From: Podarcis erhardii | Taxonomy: Eukaryota | Assembly: GCA_964252035.1 (NCBI GenBank) | Contig: OZ176201.1 | Strand: one strand, 5' to 3' | DNA length: 64,000 nt | Part shown: one piece after another, positions 49,031-61,576 of the stretch | Numbering within the stretch: the stretch's first letter is position 1 | How the letters are laid out: each line of letters starts with the position of its first letter | Notes under the pieces: model-generated | What the model saw: only the letters and a program-made list of their open reading frames with translations | Told to the model about the DNA's origin: nothing | Databases searched by the model: none | Position numbers and translations under genes: made by a program

Positions 49031-50376
49031 CTTAAGGCCATGTCTCTTTCTGGCCTATATCTCTTTCAAAGAACAAAGCTGTAATGCTAATTGAGTAAAC
49101 GCCATCTGCCAGGGTATAAATACAATCAGTTTGGAGCAGTATTTTACATTTCCCTAATTACTGGGAATGCCAGTCTTCTAACGAAGCACTTGTGATTTTG
49201 GACCATGACCTTCCGCTTGCAGGCTCCCTCTTCATCCCTCTGTTTGTTGCCGTAAAGGTTGAACTTACCCAGCTGATATCAACGATTGTTTCTGTTACTG
49301 AAATCCTCTCCTCTGCATTTGAACATACTGGTAATAATCAAGACGGAACAAGTGAATGTCTCTCCATCTTTCTCTCCCCACCACTCACATCTTGTGAATT
49401 ATCAAAACTTCTTAAATGGTTAAGGCTGCAATACCCAAACACGCTTCAATTGGAGGCTACCCTAACGGAAATGGCTGGCTTCTGAATAAAAAAGGACGAG
49501 GAACAAGCTGTGGTTGAATTACTCATGGCCCTTCTGAACCATGTTTTTAGCCATTGTGTTCATGTTTCACCTCCCCTCCTAAAGAGCTGTAGAGGTTTTA
49601 TTATAGACAAGAAGTATATAATTTTGTTAAATAAATAAAAATGCCTTGGTTACTTTTTTTCACCTCTTTTTACAACTTTTCATGTTGAGAAAGGGGTGCC
49701 TAGAATTTCATGTAATTATTTTTGGTGTGACCACACCTTTAGAGCACTTCCTTGTAAATACGTTTTAACCTGGCCCTTTTGACACAGGGGAGGGGGACGT
49801 CCCGTTCCTGTCAAGAGTTTTAAAAACCCTAGTATGACAGGTAGAAAAAATTCCAGCCCAGCATGGTTTTCTACTTGCAGGGAGTAGGTTTTGTGTAGAG
49901 GAACACTCAAAATGCACATATTGCAAAGGGGAACACCGCTTGCAGACGGAAGTGGTTTGGTGTTTGTTCTGCTACCTCCTGCAGACTAAACCTAAGGCAA
50001 GTGGGAGACAAGTTCACACGGTAGCATGAAATTTTTATTCTTTCCCTTCCTATCTCCCTAATGGAAGAATCTAGTCACTTTGTACTGGCACACACTGTTT
50101 CTTCTGATAAAACTGGACTGCTTAGAAAACCCAGAGAAATAATGTGTTCCACATAGTCACTGGAAATGGATTCTAGTGCTTGAGGCAGCCCACTTTATGT
50201 ACATGCTTTCATTATTCCTCCCAGAGCGGGCAGGTTCAAGTATGGCAAAATTGGAAATGAAAAAGGCTTCTCTTTTTTTACTTTAAACTGTTGGCCAACC
50301 CCCCCCCCCAAAACTGATAACAATTTATATAATGTAGTATTATTCATTGTTCACTGCCCTTTTGATTTATCCTAAG

Positions 50377-50700
50377 TATGGATGGGGGGAGAGATTTGAT
50401 TCAGTTCACATTTCATAGGATCATAAAATCATAGAGTTGGAAGGGACCTGAGGGTCATCTCATCCACCCCCCTGCAATGCATTTTTAAAGCGAACTTACC
50501 TAATTCACACTTTCCGAAACAATGCATGAGCCGAAACACCCTTTGCAATTTGCACTTCTCTGAATTTTGCAATGCAGCTCTACAGAGAAGTAATGTGTGC
50601 AAAATTGCATATACTGGGGCAAAGTTTGCATATATTAGTGAAAATAACCTCCAAAAATGCATTATATTTGGGAAAAGACATCTTGAGCTCCTAGGAGGAA
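50377..50700. mobile_element. Squamate MITE fragment interrupted by a CR1-type SINE tail (50413-50480, minus)
   Basis: GGATGGGGGAGAGATTTGATTCAGTTCACATTT resumes at TTTTAAAGCGAACTTACC after the inserted ATCATAGAGTTGGAAGGGACC...CTGCAATGCA tail. Confidence 0.6.
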
Positions 50701-50806
50701 AACTGAACTCAGAGAAAAAGAAATATTGCAGCTGCTATCTCTCCTGAACATGTGAACGTGTTCACTTGCAATATATGTATAGCAGGTGTATATATAGTTG
50801 GTGTAA

Positions 50807-51196
50807 GGAGATGTGGGTGGCGCTGCGGTCTAAACCACTGAGCCTCCTGGGCTTGCCAATCGGAAAGTCAGCAGTTGGAATCCCCGCGACGGGGTGAGCT
50901 CCCGTTGCTCTGTCCCAGCTCCTGCCAACCTAGCAGTTCAAAAGCTCGTCAAAGTGCAAGTAGAGAAATAGGTACCGGAGTGGCGGGAAGGTAAACAGCA
51001 TTTCTGTGCGCTCTGGTTTCCATCACAGTGTCCCGTTGTGCCAGAAGAGGTTTAGTCATGCTGGCCACATGACCCGGAAAGCTGTCTGTGGACAAACGCT
51101 GGCTCCCTCGGCCTGAAAGCGAGATGAGCGCCGCAACCCCATAGTAGCCTTTGACTGGACTTAACCATCCAGGGGTCCTTTACCTTTTACCTTTAC
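50807..51196 (+). mobile_element. Full-length Sauria SINE
   Basis: 5' GGGTGGCGCTGCGGTCTAAACC, B-box-like GTTGGAATCCCC, (ACCTTT)n tail, TSD TTGGTGTA (50798-50805, 51199-51206). Confidence 0.93.
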
Positions 51197-53652
51197 ACTT
51201 GGTGTAGCATTTTATACCTAGATTCTGACATCATGCAGTTGGTCATGGCACCACAAAATGGTGATGTGAATCTGGAACGTCGAGGTTTCCATTTAGGAAA
51301 AGGTACTTAGGTGGGTTTTAATAAGAAAAAATGTGTGCAAGAACCCAGGAATCTTTATGTTTGTTCATGTGTGTGTGTGTCAGAGAGAGAGAGAGAGGCC
51401 AAACATACATACCTAGAGTGGGTTCAGCCTCCATGCAGCTGTTACGTTGGGGTAGCCAACATGATACTATCTAAATGTTGTTGGACTACAACCCCCATGA
51501 GCTGAGTATTGGATGTGTGTGGGTGTCTGTGTGTGAGTGTGGGTGTCTTCAACCATAGCAGCCAAGAGCATTAGGAAGAGGAAGTGTGGAAATGAATGCT
51601 ATGGTTATTCTTTCATCTTCATAGTTTGCCTTGCTTTGCTAGCACGCACACTTCCTATGGGATGCTTCCATCAAAGCTTTGCGGATAATGTGACACAAAT
51701 ACCAACTCTTGCAGGGGGTTAAAGATTCTGGGGCAGAATCTTTTTAAAAAATAAAAAATACAGCACCCCATTAATGATATCCAGAACCGTTACTGAATAT
51801 TTTTGCGTGTATGTTTTCAGAGAGAAACAGTAGGATCCATTTGCCCGATTAGCAGATAATGACATTGTTGTTAGAAGGAGGCACATATTATTCATATAGC
51901 GCTGCAAGCTTTCGTAAGTTTAAACTTAATGGTTCTCAAGAGGGGGGAAATCCCTCACAATCATTAGGATTTGATCATGTAAATGTAGGAATAGTATTAA
52001 GTGTCTTTGTAACGCACTTGATGGATGTAATGGGTTTCAACATCCCCACTGGGACATCTATCTTAATCCATTTTTCATGTCACCACCGGAATGGAATCTT
52101 GTCACAGGTCTCTTGCCACTAAGCAAATGCCAAGGCATTGCAGAAACATTTATTTTCAAAGTGGGAAACATTTTATTCTATGATCGTAAGTTTACGCTAA
52201 TCTCTTTCTTGGTGCCTAACACTGTCTCCGTGATACCAAGTGATTTAATACTGCGGTAATAAGTATATGTGATTTCAGGAATTGTGCTCGTTTTGAATTC
52301 TACCAGCCCAGGGTGGTTTTTTTGTGTTTTGTTTTATTTGTGTCTCCCTCTTTAATGATTTCCTTGGTGAGCTTCCCCCCATAGCACGCTTCATTTCTTA
52401 CCCATAGCATGTGAAGACATAAGGGGTGATACTGAGCATCTTTGAACAGAAGGAGAGTTCTGCTCACAGAAGGACTCCTTCCACTTATGCAAAGGCCCCT
52501 TCTGTGAGTGCAACTCTCCTTCCTCTTGCAAAGAGGTTGGATATAATCCATTGATTAGTTGCAGCTGGCATTAAAAAAGAAGAAGTCAGTTTTCAGGAAA
52601 CTATAGAGCTGTGCTAATACTTCTTTTTACAAAGGATGACCACTTTTGCTGAAATACCGATGAGGAAAACAATAAGTTACAAAACCACTGCTGGCAAAAG
52701 CAATTAAATTAGCATGGCAGCAGATTAACACCATTAAGCACATTATGGATTATGAGTTGAGAACAGTAGCATCTGCAGTTACATTAGGAAGGCATGCAAG
52801 GCTCACTTTGCATACCTGGTCTTTCACTTCCCTGTCTTTGAGTGAAGCCGAATAGGAACAGGGCTGATTATGACCTGTGGCCAAGACATTCTGGTAATAT
52901 GCCTAGTGCCTGAATATATATGTGTCTTCCATATAACAAAATTGTAGGAGTGTCATCACGCAGCCCCCATTGGAGGATTAGTAGTGCTGCATCACTATCC
53001 TTTGTTTGTGTGAAGTCAGGGTGGGGTGGGGGGAGGAAGAGAAGGCAGGTTGCACCGCAGCAATATCCATGGTGTGGGAGCAAGAATGGGAACAGAAGGC
53101 AGAGAGGGGGGACAGTGTTGATTTAACACAATGGCAAAAGTTTGAGTAAAGCAGGGGTGGAGGCACACTGAGAGGGGGGGAAAATTGTAGTCAGCAATCA
53201 TTAGACGAGCTAGGGAACATGTTCTCAAGCATATTATGCCCAGGCTGACCATCTCCCCATAAAGGGTATGGCAGCCCTCTTTCATCCATAGGCCCAGCGG
53301 ACCACTAAAAGCTTTCCATAACGTGATTAGTGGGCCAGCCCCTTCATGTGGCATCCAAAAGGTTTGCTTTGCAAAGTTATTTTTCCAGTAGCAAGTATGA
53401 CAAAGAGATGCCCTCCCACCTTATTCTGACCATAGTGTTCTTGGACATACCTTTGCTGTCTGCTCCACTCCCCCTGCTGCCTGAGAACAGAAATTTGGGC
53501 ATGCAATGAAGTGTTCCTCTGGTCACCAGGAAGTGGAGCAGACAGGCCTGCAAGTGCAATATTAGAACAACCAGATTATGTGGGGTGGTTTATGCATCTC
53601 TTTTGTATTATTTAGCAGCGTTTCTGATAGGGATACTGTTGGACTCCTACTT

Positions 53653-53656
<4 letters not shown>

Positions 53657-53700
<44 letters not shown>
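53657..53700. repeat. (CT)n microsatellite
   Basis: About 22 units. Confidence 0.97.
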
Positions 53701-53704
<4 letters not shown>

Positions 53705-56092
53705 TTACTACTGTTCTGTTGGTGATCAGTGTAATCTGCTAATGGCTTTTTGTTTATAAGCAATTTATTTGCTGAGGTCAAGTCCTGAAACTGAGGTCAA
53801 GTCCTGAAAATTCCTCCTCTTCAGGAAGGACATAAAGTTTTTCTCTGCCTTTTTCCTGAAAAGGAGTTAGCCTTTTGTTGTCAGCTCCATTCCTTGCTGG
53901 CCATAAGAACATTTATGGTATGTAAACCTTTCCGTTCTGACTCCAGAGTCTTGTTTGCTCTACCCTTCCTTCCATACATAGCTTGTGTATGAAAGTATAA
54001 AAGTGCCTCCAACATCGGCCAGTGTTAGCAATACTGAAGGAAGATCGGAGGCACTTATCTAGCTTTTATCTTAAGTTGAAGGTGGGGGGTGAGCCCCCTG
54101 CTGTAAACTAAAGATGGGAAATAACAATCTAAATTATAATGGCAATGATAATAGATATACTGCTGTCTCTTATAGATCAATTGAACTGCCCCAGAGCACT
54201 TTCCGCCTTTGTACAGTGAACAATTTTGCAGTGTGTGTGATCCTCCAATGGTATTTATGGGAAAATATCTCACACTTCATTTGTTCAGTCTAAATCAGAA
54301 ATGTTTATTGCAATGTGCAAGAGCATTAGAAGTAGTTACTTAGACAAATTAAATGATTCCATGCAGTAGCTTTGAAAAGTCTAATTCCTATGCATTGAAT
54401 AATTTTCATAATTATGCGCAGAGAGCCCCCAAAAAGTAAATTTACATTGTTATTCATAACATTTATCTTCCACCCTGTTGGTTTAAATGTCAGCAGCCTA
54501 TCCGGAGCCCATCTGTAAGCTAATAATGCCTCGCATACACAAATGTTTAAATAACATTAAGGTTTCAATACCACAGTATTAAACTACATTATCTGTCTTT
54601 AACTTCTTTTAATGTGGATTGCTGCAGAGTTCTTTGGAGCCGACACAATCTGAATTTTTAGATTTCAAGATATTTTAGTGCATTCCTCTTATAACAGCTC
54701 TGTTGGAATCATTATAGTCTTTTCATGCAAATATGCAATTAGGACATTCTAAAAAATACATATGATGGACCTAGTAATCTGGAAAGGCTCCTTTGGGTAT
54801 TCAGTGAATGTAATTGAGTTTTTCCTTTAGACCCTGCTATGTTTTTTGAGCCTTATAACTGTTTGGGGGTGGGGTGGGGGACAATTATTTTCCTTGGTAT
54901 TAAATAAAACATTAAGCTTCTTTAAAAAATGCATTATGAACATGATCATGGCCATGCTAAATTGCGAGCACAGCTATTTGGGATTGCTATGGAGTGTCGA
55001 ATTCTGCAAGCACATGATCTCGTGAATAACTAATTTTATATTAGCAATGCTGCTGACAGTGTTAAAGTTATCTATGTGTCTGTAGTGCAGCTGCATGAAA
55101 AAATGCCTGCAAGCAGTTGATGGAAAGATCTGGAGGCAAATTAATAGGCGCAGGAGACTGATGATGCGCCATCTATATGGCCCCCACACCCCTGAAACTT
55201 AGGGCATCAACAAAATGTTAAGTAACCTGGGACATCTCATATTCCCAAAAATATGCAGAATTCCCCATCTAGTACAATTTTCTCCATGTTCTGCCATTTG
55301 CGCTGTTTATTTTCCTGCTCAGCTAATGGAAGCCAGCAGTGTGCGGCAAGGGTTGGAAGACGCATGGTGGAAGATCTAGGGATGTCTGAATTGGGGCAAG
55401 GCTTTGTTCTCATTCCAAGTGAATATGAATAAAGACCTCAAAGGGGCTTCCATCACCGGCACATCCACAGTTGCCACTTTGCCTGCCTTTCTGTTTGCTT
55501 GCCTGGAGGTAAGTTTCCTTGCCTTCTGGCAGGAGAAAGAAGAGACAGAGATGGCCTTGGTACCGTAGCAGACAGCACAAAAGACTTGTGTTTGAGCATC
55601 CGATCGATTGAATGCTCAAGACGTGGCACTGGAGAACCACGGGGGGCTGCTATGCTCACAAACCTTCCTCCTCCTCACTCCCCTTCCTTCCTTTAATGCC
55701 TGGGGCTTAGTTCAAAACATTGTTTCATTTCGTTTCATTGTATCTTCGCTGATGTAGTTTATGCTATATGCAATGAGTACAATGCAATTACCTTTCTTAG
55801 GTTCTGAGTTTTGTTACTGTTTGTGTCCTGTTTGAATTAAGCCACGTTAGCTGCCATGTCTAAATCAGTAATCTTGTTTGAGCAATTTCTCCATGGTTTG
55901 GAGGAATTGCTCCAAAGCACAGTTTGCTGGTTTCAGGTATCATGGCAAACTGTGGTTTAATGCAAACATGAACTAAGGAACGAAAGCCTTACACACAAAA
56001 GAAGGAAAAGTCATAGGGAGAGGAAACATTTCAGTGCACAGCACTTGTTCCTGATTGTCCAAAATCATGGTTTGTTTAGGGGCTTGTTTGAA

Positions 56093-56793
56093 TAATAATA
56101 ATAATAATAATAAATTTTATTTATATCCCGCCCTCCCCAGCCGAAGCTGGGCTCAGGGCGGCTAACAACAATCAAAATAATCCAACGATTCTAAAAACAT
56201 TTCATTATAAAAATTAATTAAAATCAAATTGATGGCAACCAATAAGCAGAATTCTGTGCAGATTGCCAGAATTTTGGTCAGGCTGCGCCCTGGCCAAAGG
56301 CCTGGTGGAACAGCTCTGTCTTGCAGGCCCTGCGGAAAGATGTCAAGTCCCGCAGGGCCCTAGTCTCTTGTGACAGAGCGTTCCACCAGATTGGAGCCAC
56401 GGCCGAAAAGGCCCTGGCTCTAGTTGAGGCCAGCCTAACTTCTCTGTGGCCGGGGATCTTCAAGATGTTTTTATTTGCAGACCGTAAGTTCCTCTGTGGG
56501 AAATACCAGGAGAGGCGGTCCCGTAGGTACGAGGGTCCTAGGCCGTATAGGGCTTTAAAGGTTAAGACCAGCACCTTAAGACCAGCATCCTGTACTCCAC
56601 CGGGAGCCAGTGCAGCTGGTATAGTACCGGATGAATGTGATCTTGCAGCGAAGACCCCATAAGGAGTCTCGCCGTGGCATTCTGCACCCGCTGGAGTTTC
56701 TGGGTCAGTCTCAAGGGCAGCCCCACGTAGAGCGAGTTACAATAATCCAGTCTGGAGGTGACCGTTGCGTGGATCACAGTGGCTAGGTCATTC
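56093..56793 (-). mobile_element. L2 LINE 3' fragment (second subfamily) with (AAT)n tail
   Basis: Minus peptides DLATVIHATVTSRLDYCNSLYVGLPLRLTQKLQRVQNATARLL...HWLPV and VLTFKALYGLGPSYLRDRL...RAFSAVAPIWWNAL...FRRACKTELF. Confidence 0.95.
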
Positions 56794-57389
56794 ATATAAT
56801 TGGCAGATTGATTAAGACTGTATTAATTATATTCTGTTTTCTCCAAGTGAGAAGACCTACCATACTTTTGAAACCAGCAAGGACGTAAAGTCTTACAAAT
56901 GCATTTGGAGAGGAAATCTATGGCTATTTCAACCACCTTCTTTATTTACAAATCCCAGGCAGATGCTACATTACTCAGCTAGTTATTTGTGAATTACCAT
57001 GAGCCGTCCAAATCTTCAAATCAAGTTTTCCTTCTCCCATTTGCTTTGGGGGGGAAGAAGAAAATCACTACATTGGTGTTGGAGAAGCTTCACTGTGTAA
57101 AATTCATTTCGGCCAATTTCCACTAAGGTCAGCTTGCTATTATTCTCAGCTACTTTCTTGCTCGCCTCCATCTTTGGTTCAGAGCAAGCCTAAGGATATG
57201 GACTCAGTCTTTCAGTAAGCAAGGCATTACAATTTGTAAGAAAAGTGGGTGGCTTAGGGGCAAGAATTCCATATTGTTGCTAGCTATATATTGCTACCAC
57301 AGATGAAGACTCAGCAGTCATTTGAGGAAACAAATAAACCTCTCACCTTTCTGCCAATGGCAGTTCAAGGGTTTGTGTTTGTTAAAGTA

Positions 57390-57742
57390 CAGTGGTACCT
57401 CGCAAGACGAATGCCTCGTAAGACGAAAAACTCGCAAAACGAAAGAGTTTTTCATTTTTTGAGTTGCTTCGCAAAACGGATTTCCCTATGGGCTTGCTTC
57501 GCAAGACGAAAACGTCTTGCAAGTTTGTTTCCTTTGTCTTGCAAGTTTGTTTCCTTTTTCTTAAAACCGTGCATTCACTTCGAGGAGCAACTCATAGCAC
57601 GCGGTGTGGTAGCCTTTTTTAGGTTTTTGAAGACTTTGGTGATTTTTGAAGCTTTTCCAAAGTCCGTGCTTCGCAAGACGAAAAAATCGCAAGATGAAAA
57701 AACTCGCGAAACGAATTAATTTCGTCTTGCGAGGCACCACTG
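57390..57742. mobile_element. Tc1/mariner MITE, family D
   Basis: TA-CAGTGGTACCTCGCAAGACGAA...TTCGTCTTGCGAGGCACCACTG-TA; repeated CGCAAGACGAA motifs. Confidence 0.92.
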
Positions 57743-57859
57743 TACATCCTAGAGCAATGCTGAACACTTCATAAGTTCCATGTGTTTGCAACTTGCCTGG
57801 GACTGCAAAACAAGCAACTCTTGGTAAAGAGGTATGTATTTAGCATCTGACAAAAATGG

Positions 57860-58775
57860 TATAGTGAAGGTGCCAGATGAACCTCTGTTATCAGACAGTT
57901 CTACAACTTTGGGGCAGCCACAGAGAATGCCCTTCCCTGGATTGCCACCCACTGAATATCTGAGGGTGGTGGAACTACCAAGAGTACCCCTATGTTGAAC
58001 TTCTCACCAGAGAGAGTGTGTAGGGAAGGAGGCAGCCTTTCATATATTTCCTGCCCTCCAGTGTTTCTCCAATGAAAATAGGGACGTCCCATTCCATAAT
58101 GATATTTTTACTATTTATACCCCACACATCTTACTGGATTGCCCCAACCACTCTGGGCAGCTTCCAACATATAGAAAAGCATAAGAAAACATTAAAAAAA
58201 ACCTTCCCAATACAGGATTGCCTTCAGAAAGCTGGGGGGGGGGGTCAGATAACTCCATACCCTCCAAAATTTCTCCAGTGAAAATAGGGACGTCCTAAGG
58301 AAAAGCGGGACATTCTGGGATCAAATCAGAAACCAGGACAGCTTCTCTAAATCAGGGACATCCCTGGAAAATAGGGACACTTGGAAGGTCTGATAATAGG
58401 CCTAAGAAGTCATTTAGCAACACAACTAACATCAGTAACTTGAATGGGGCCAAGAAATGAACTGGCAACCAGTGCTGCTGTTTTAAAGCAGGAGTGGTAT
58501 GATTTCTGAAAGGAACCCCAGTCAGTAACCTGGCTGCTGCATTTTGGACCATTTGCAGTTTCCGATCAGCTTTCAAGGACAGCCCAGTGTAGAGTGGATT
58601 GCAATAACCCAATCTGGAAATTACTAGGGCATGGAGTGCCACCAGTAAGTCACTTCTGTCCAAAAGGGGTCTTACCTAGTGAACTAGCAGTAGCCGGAAA
58701 TGGGCACTTTCTAGCCTTTAGATTCCAGTGACCGTGTTGGATTCAGAAACACCACGAAGCTATGGACCAGCTCCT
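57860..58775 (-). mobile_element. Old L2 fragment split by a composite hAT MITE
   Basis: Minus peptides LVALHALVISRLGYCNPLYTGLSLKADRKLQMVQNAAARLLTG...HWLPV and IQGRAFSVAAPKL lie on either side of the MITE. Confidence 0.75.
58051..58392. mobile_element. hAT-like MITE containing an L2 3' tail
   Basis: Right end GGGACACTTGGAAGGTCTG, GGGAC subterminal motifs, 36-bp direct repeat (58054-58089, 58260-58295) bracketing an L2 tail (about 58104-58230). Confidence 0.7.
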
Positions 58776-59818
58776 TCCAAACAAAAACAGGATTATGGCA
58801 AGACTGATAATCATGACAAGATGATGGCTATGTCAACAGTACATTGACATGAGTTCATGGAGTGTCATATCTGTACTCCTTTTTTAGTCAGTGCTATACA
58901 CTTCCTGTCCCCCAGGCTGCATCTGAAGAACATACAATGGCCCTCTCAACACAGCTGAGCTGATTTCCCAACAGCCCTCAACTTCCAGATACCAAAGAAG
59001 AAGAGAAGTAAAAGGAGACCCATATGACAAACGTTGCTTAATGTGATACTGTCCTATCACAGGTGGATGAACTGCAAATATATTGACTGGTAGGTTTTGG
59101 TTGGCATTTTTTTTTTAAGTGATCTAAAAGACAAACCCAGTTTTGCTTTCATTTCTTGACATGAAAAAATGCAAAACAAAAGGGAGAGAGATTGAGGGGG
59201 GCTGCCTCAAAGGAACTAAAAATGATTTCTCTGCTGTTAAAACAGAACTTCAGTTTGGGGGAGAGGAACTAAGGAAGGTTACATTTTGCCTGGTGCATCT
59301 TAGCTAATTCCTTTCAACAAGCCCACATTATTTGATCTGTACACCTAACCCTGATCTTTAATATTCCAAAACTCACTAGGTTGACAATGCTTGGCAAAGA
59401 TAAGGATAAGCACTTTGAATCCTGCCGTTAACTGGATGGCTGTGGTACTTTTATGAAGTTAGTGCCTGTTCTTATAATGACATTTATGCTCAGGTATTAG
59501 TCATTAGCCTTTAATCTGCCATCAGTTAGTCCTTTTATCATACACCGGCTTCCCTTGACTTTCCTGTTTGTAATATTAAAACTGCAATTAAACTGAGCCC
59601 TGTGCAGCTGGGTGCCTTTACTTGCGCTGGTGCTTCAGCGCGGACTCCCAACCATTCCACTCCAGGAATATTTCAGTCTCCCGTGTATGAAAGTGCAGCT
59701 TGTGGTTTGAGGGAAGAGCGTGGTGAAGTGGCAGTGAAAATGAAAACATCTGTCTGCCTGCCATCTCTGGATTGCAGCCGTTAAATGGAGACGTGGTCCA
59801 GAAAGAAGTCGTGGCAGG

Positions 59819-60060
59819 TGAAGAAGAAGAAGAATTTGGAGTTGATATCACTACCCGAAGGAGTCTCCAAGTGGCTAACAATCTCCTTTCCCTTCCTCCC
59901 CCACAACAAACACTCTGTGAGGTGAGTGGGGCTGAGAGACTTCAGAGAAGTGTGACTGGCCCAAGGTCACCCAGCAGCTGCATGTGGAGGAGTGGAGACA
60001 CGAACCTGGTTCACCAGATTACGAGTCTATCGCTCTTAACCACTACACCACACTGGCTCT
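59819..60060 (-). mobile_element. Squam3-type SINE (young)
   Basis: Collinear with 18205-18446; (GAA)n on plus is the (TTC)n tail. Confidence 0.9.
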
Positions 60061-60971
60061 TTTAGATGAAGCATCCTAAAGCCAGGCATAAGCACTATTT
60101 GGCCATGGAAGCAACTTGAGACTCTGGTGGCAAGTTGGAATCCAGGAGTGCTCCCAGACTACACACCTGTTCCTTCAGGGAGGGTGCACTCGGATCTTTA
60201 CACCCCTCCCCTCAATGACTGCATATTCCTACATTAAAATTTAGTGTATGGAAGGCATTCAGCAATGTGCGTGCGAGAGAGGTGTGGGGTGGGCAGCGAT
60301 CCTTGGTGTGAGAACAGCAGTGTTGCAAGTCCTTGTTTTCATCTGTAAAATGGTGGAGGGTTAGAGTCCCATTCGATTTAAGCACTACTGTGTAAACGTG
60401 CTTGGGAGCCGTAGGGAAGGTTAAGTGGGCACTGTAATATATAATACAACATGTTAAGGCCAGGAGTTGGGAACCTCAGGCATGGGGGCCCCCTCTTTGT
60501 GTGGCCCTCAGGGCTCCCTGGGCCATGAGCCTCACCTCACTCCACACCTACCTCAAATGCTTTTGCCTCACTGGAATGTATCCTTGAATGGTGATAATGC
60601 CTTTTTCTTGCCTGTGTGGTTTGTGTCTGTGTGGAAACCTGACTGCTGCAAGGCTTAAATGCTGTCTGCTATGAAAAGGTAAGTCTCTCAGAATATGTTC
60701 CAATCAATCCGCTGGACTTTAATCTCTCAGAATATGTTCGGCTCATATTCTAAGTTGGTCTATGGAATTACATATTGTGATATGATATCGTGAATTGTTT
60801 TTTGAAATAGAAGTTATACTGTTACATACTACTTGTTACGTCGTGTGTGCCATTACCAGTATTGTATTTACATAACAAAAGGTTCAGCAGTGTTTTGTAT
60901 GCAAAGGTAAATGTCACATCTGTTGCCGCACCTGGTGTTGCATTTTGCCCCCCTCCCCCACTATTTGCCCC

Positions 60972-61043
60972 AACCCAGAGAGAACCTATGAGGGAAACCC
61001 AGAGGGAACCTATGAGGCAAACCCAGAGGGAACCTTTGGGCTG
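60972..61043. repeat. 24-bp minisatellite, 3 units
   Basis: AACCCAGAGAGAACCTATGAGGGA / AACCCAGAGGGAACCTATGAGGCA / AACCCAGAGGGAACCTTTGGGCTG, apparently inside a hAT-like element that ends near 61330. Confidence 0.9.
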
Positions 61044-61360
61044 AAAAAGTCCCCCCACCCTAGGTAGAACTGGACGTCTTGCTACTAGAGGAAACACAGA
61101 AAAGCCCCACCTCTGTGCATCCTCTATGATCCCTCCTCCTGCTCCGCTATGCCTCCCCTTGCTGTGTGGTGCATGTGTGGTGGTGGGCAGGCAGACGCAT
61201 GGAGGAGGAGGTGGTGGCAGCAGCCGACAAGCACAGGGCATGCTCCATGCAGGCTAGATCTGCCACTCTTCCCAGCTTTCCAGAGCCTGCCGGCCTGAGG
61301 CAACCGCCTTACCTCACCTCATGGGCCCTGGTGGAAAGCATTGCAGGAGCTCATTAAGAG

Positions 61361-61576
61361 CAGTGCCAGATTAAACCGTATGGAGGCCCATAAGCAGTTG
61401 ACATCTCAGGGAGGTGGGAAATAATCTCCTAAGAAGTTTTTGATTTTACCAATCAAATTTTAATAGACCAATTTTATCACATGGTACTATTTTGATACGT
61501 TGTTGCGGGGCCCCCTAAAAGATGTGTGCAGCCCATAGGCTGGTGCCTCTTCTGCTTGTTTGGTAATCCATCACTG
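61361..61576. mobile_element. hAT-like MITE
   Basis: Imperfect TIR CAGTGCCAGATTA/TAATCCATCACTG; degenerate 8-bp TSD ATTAAGAG/ATTAGGAA. Confidence 0.65.

Noticed and set aside
56555-56592. TTAAGACCAGCA duplication inside L2
   Set aside because: Private slippage/deletion that frameshifts a dead LINE fragment; no functional implication.
57291-57719. 142-aa plus ORF
   Set aside because: Mostly the interior of mariner MITE family D; repetitive CGCAAGACGAA motifs explain the composition.
8242-57742. Recurrent repeats that could be mistaken for a CRISPR array or gene family; shared ORFs such as YIRFRLQTPLTQK
   Set aside because: Dispersed MITE and SINE copies in a vertebrate genome; no regular repeat-spacer structure, and the ORFs are incidental frames across TIRs.
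59047-59095. 27-nt micro-exon candidate (CACAG/...CTG/GTAGGT); similar short candidates near 8777, 22054 and 46762
   Set aside because: Splice-like pairs of this quality are expected by chance in 64 kb; no recognisable peptide or independent support.
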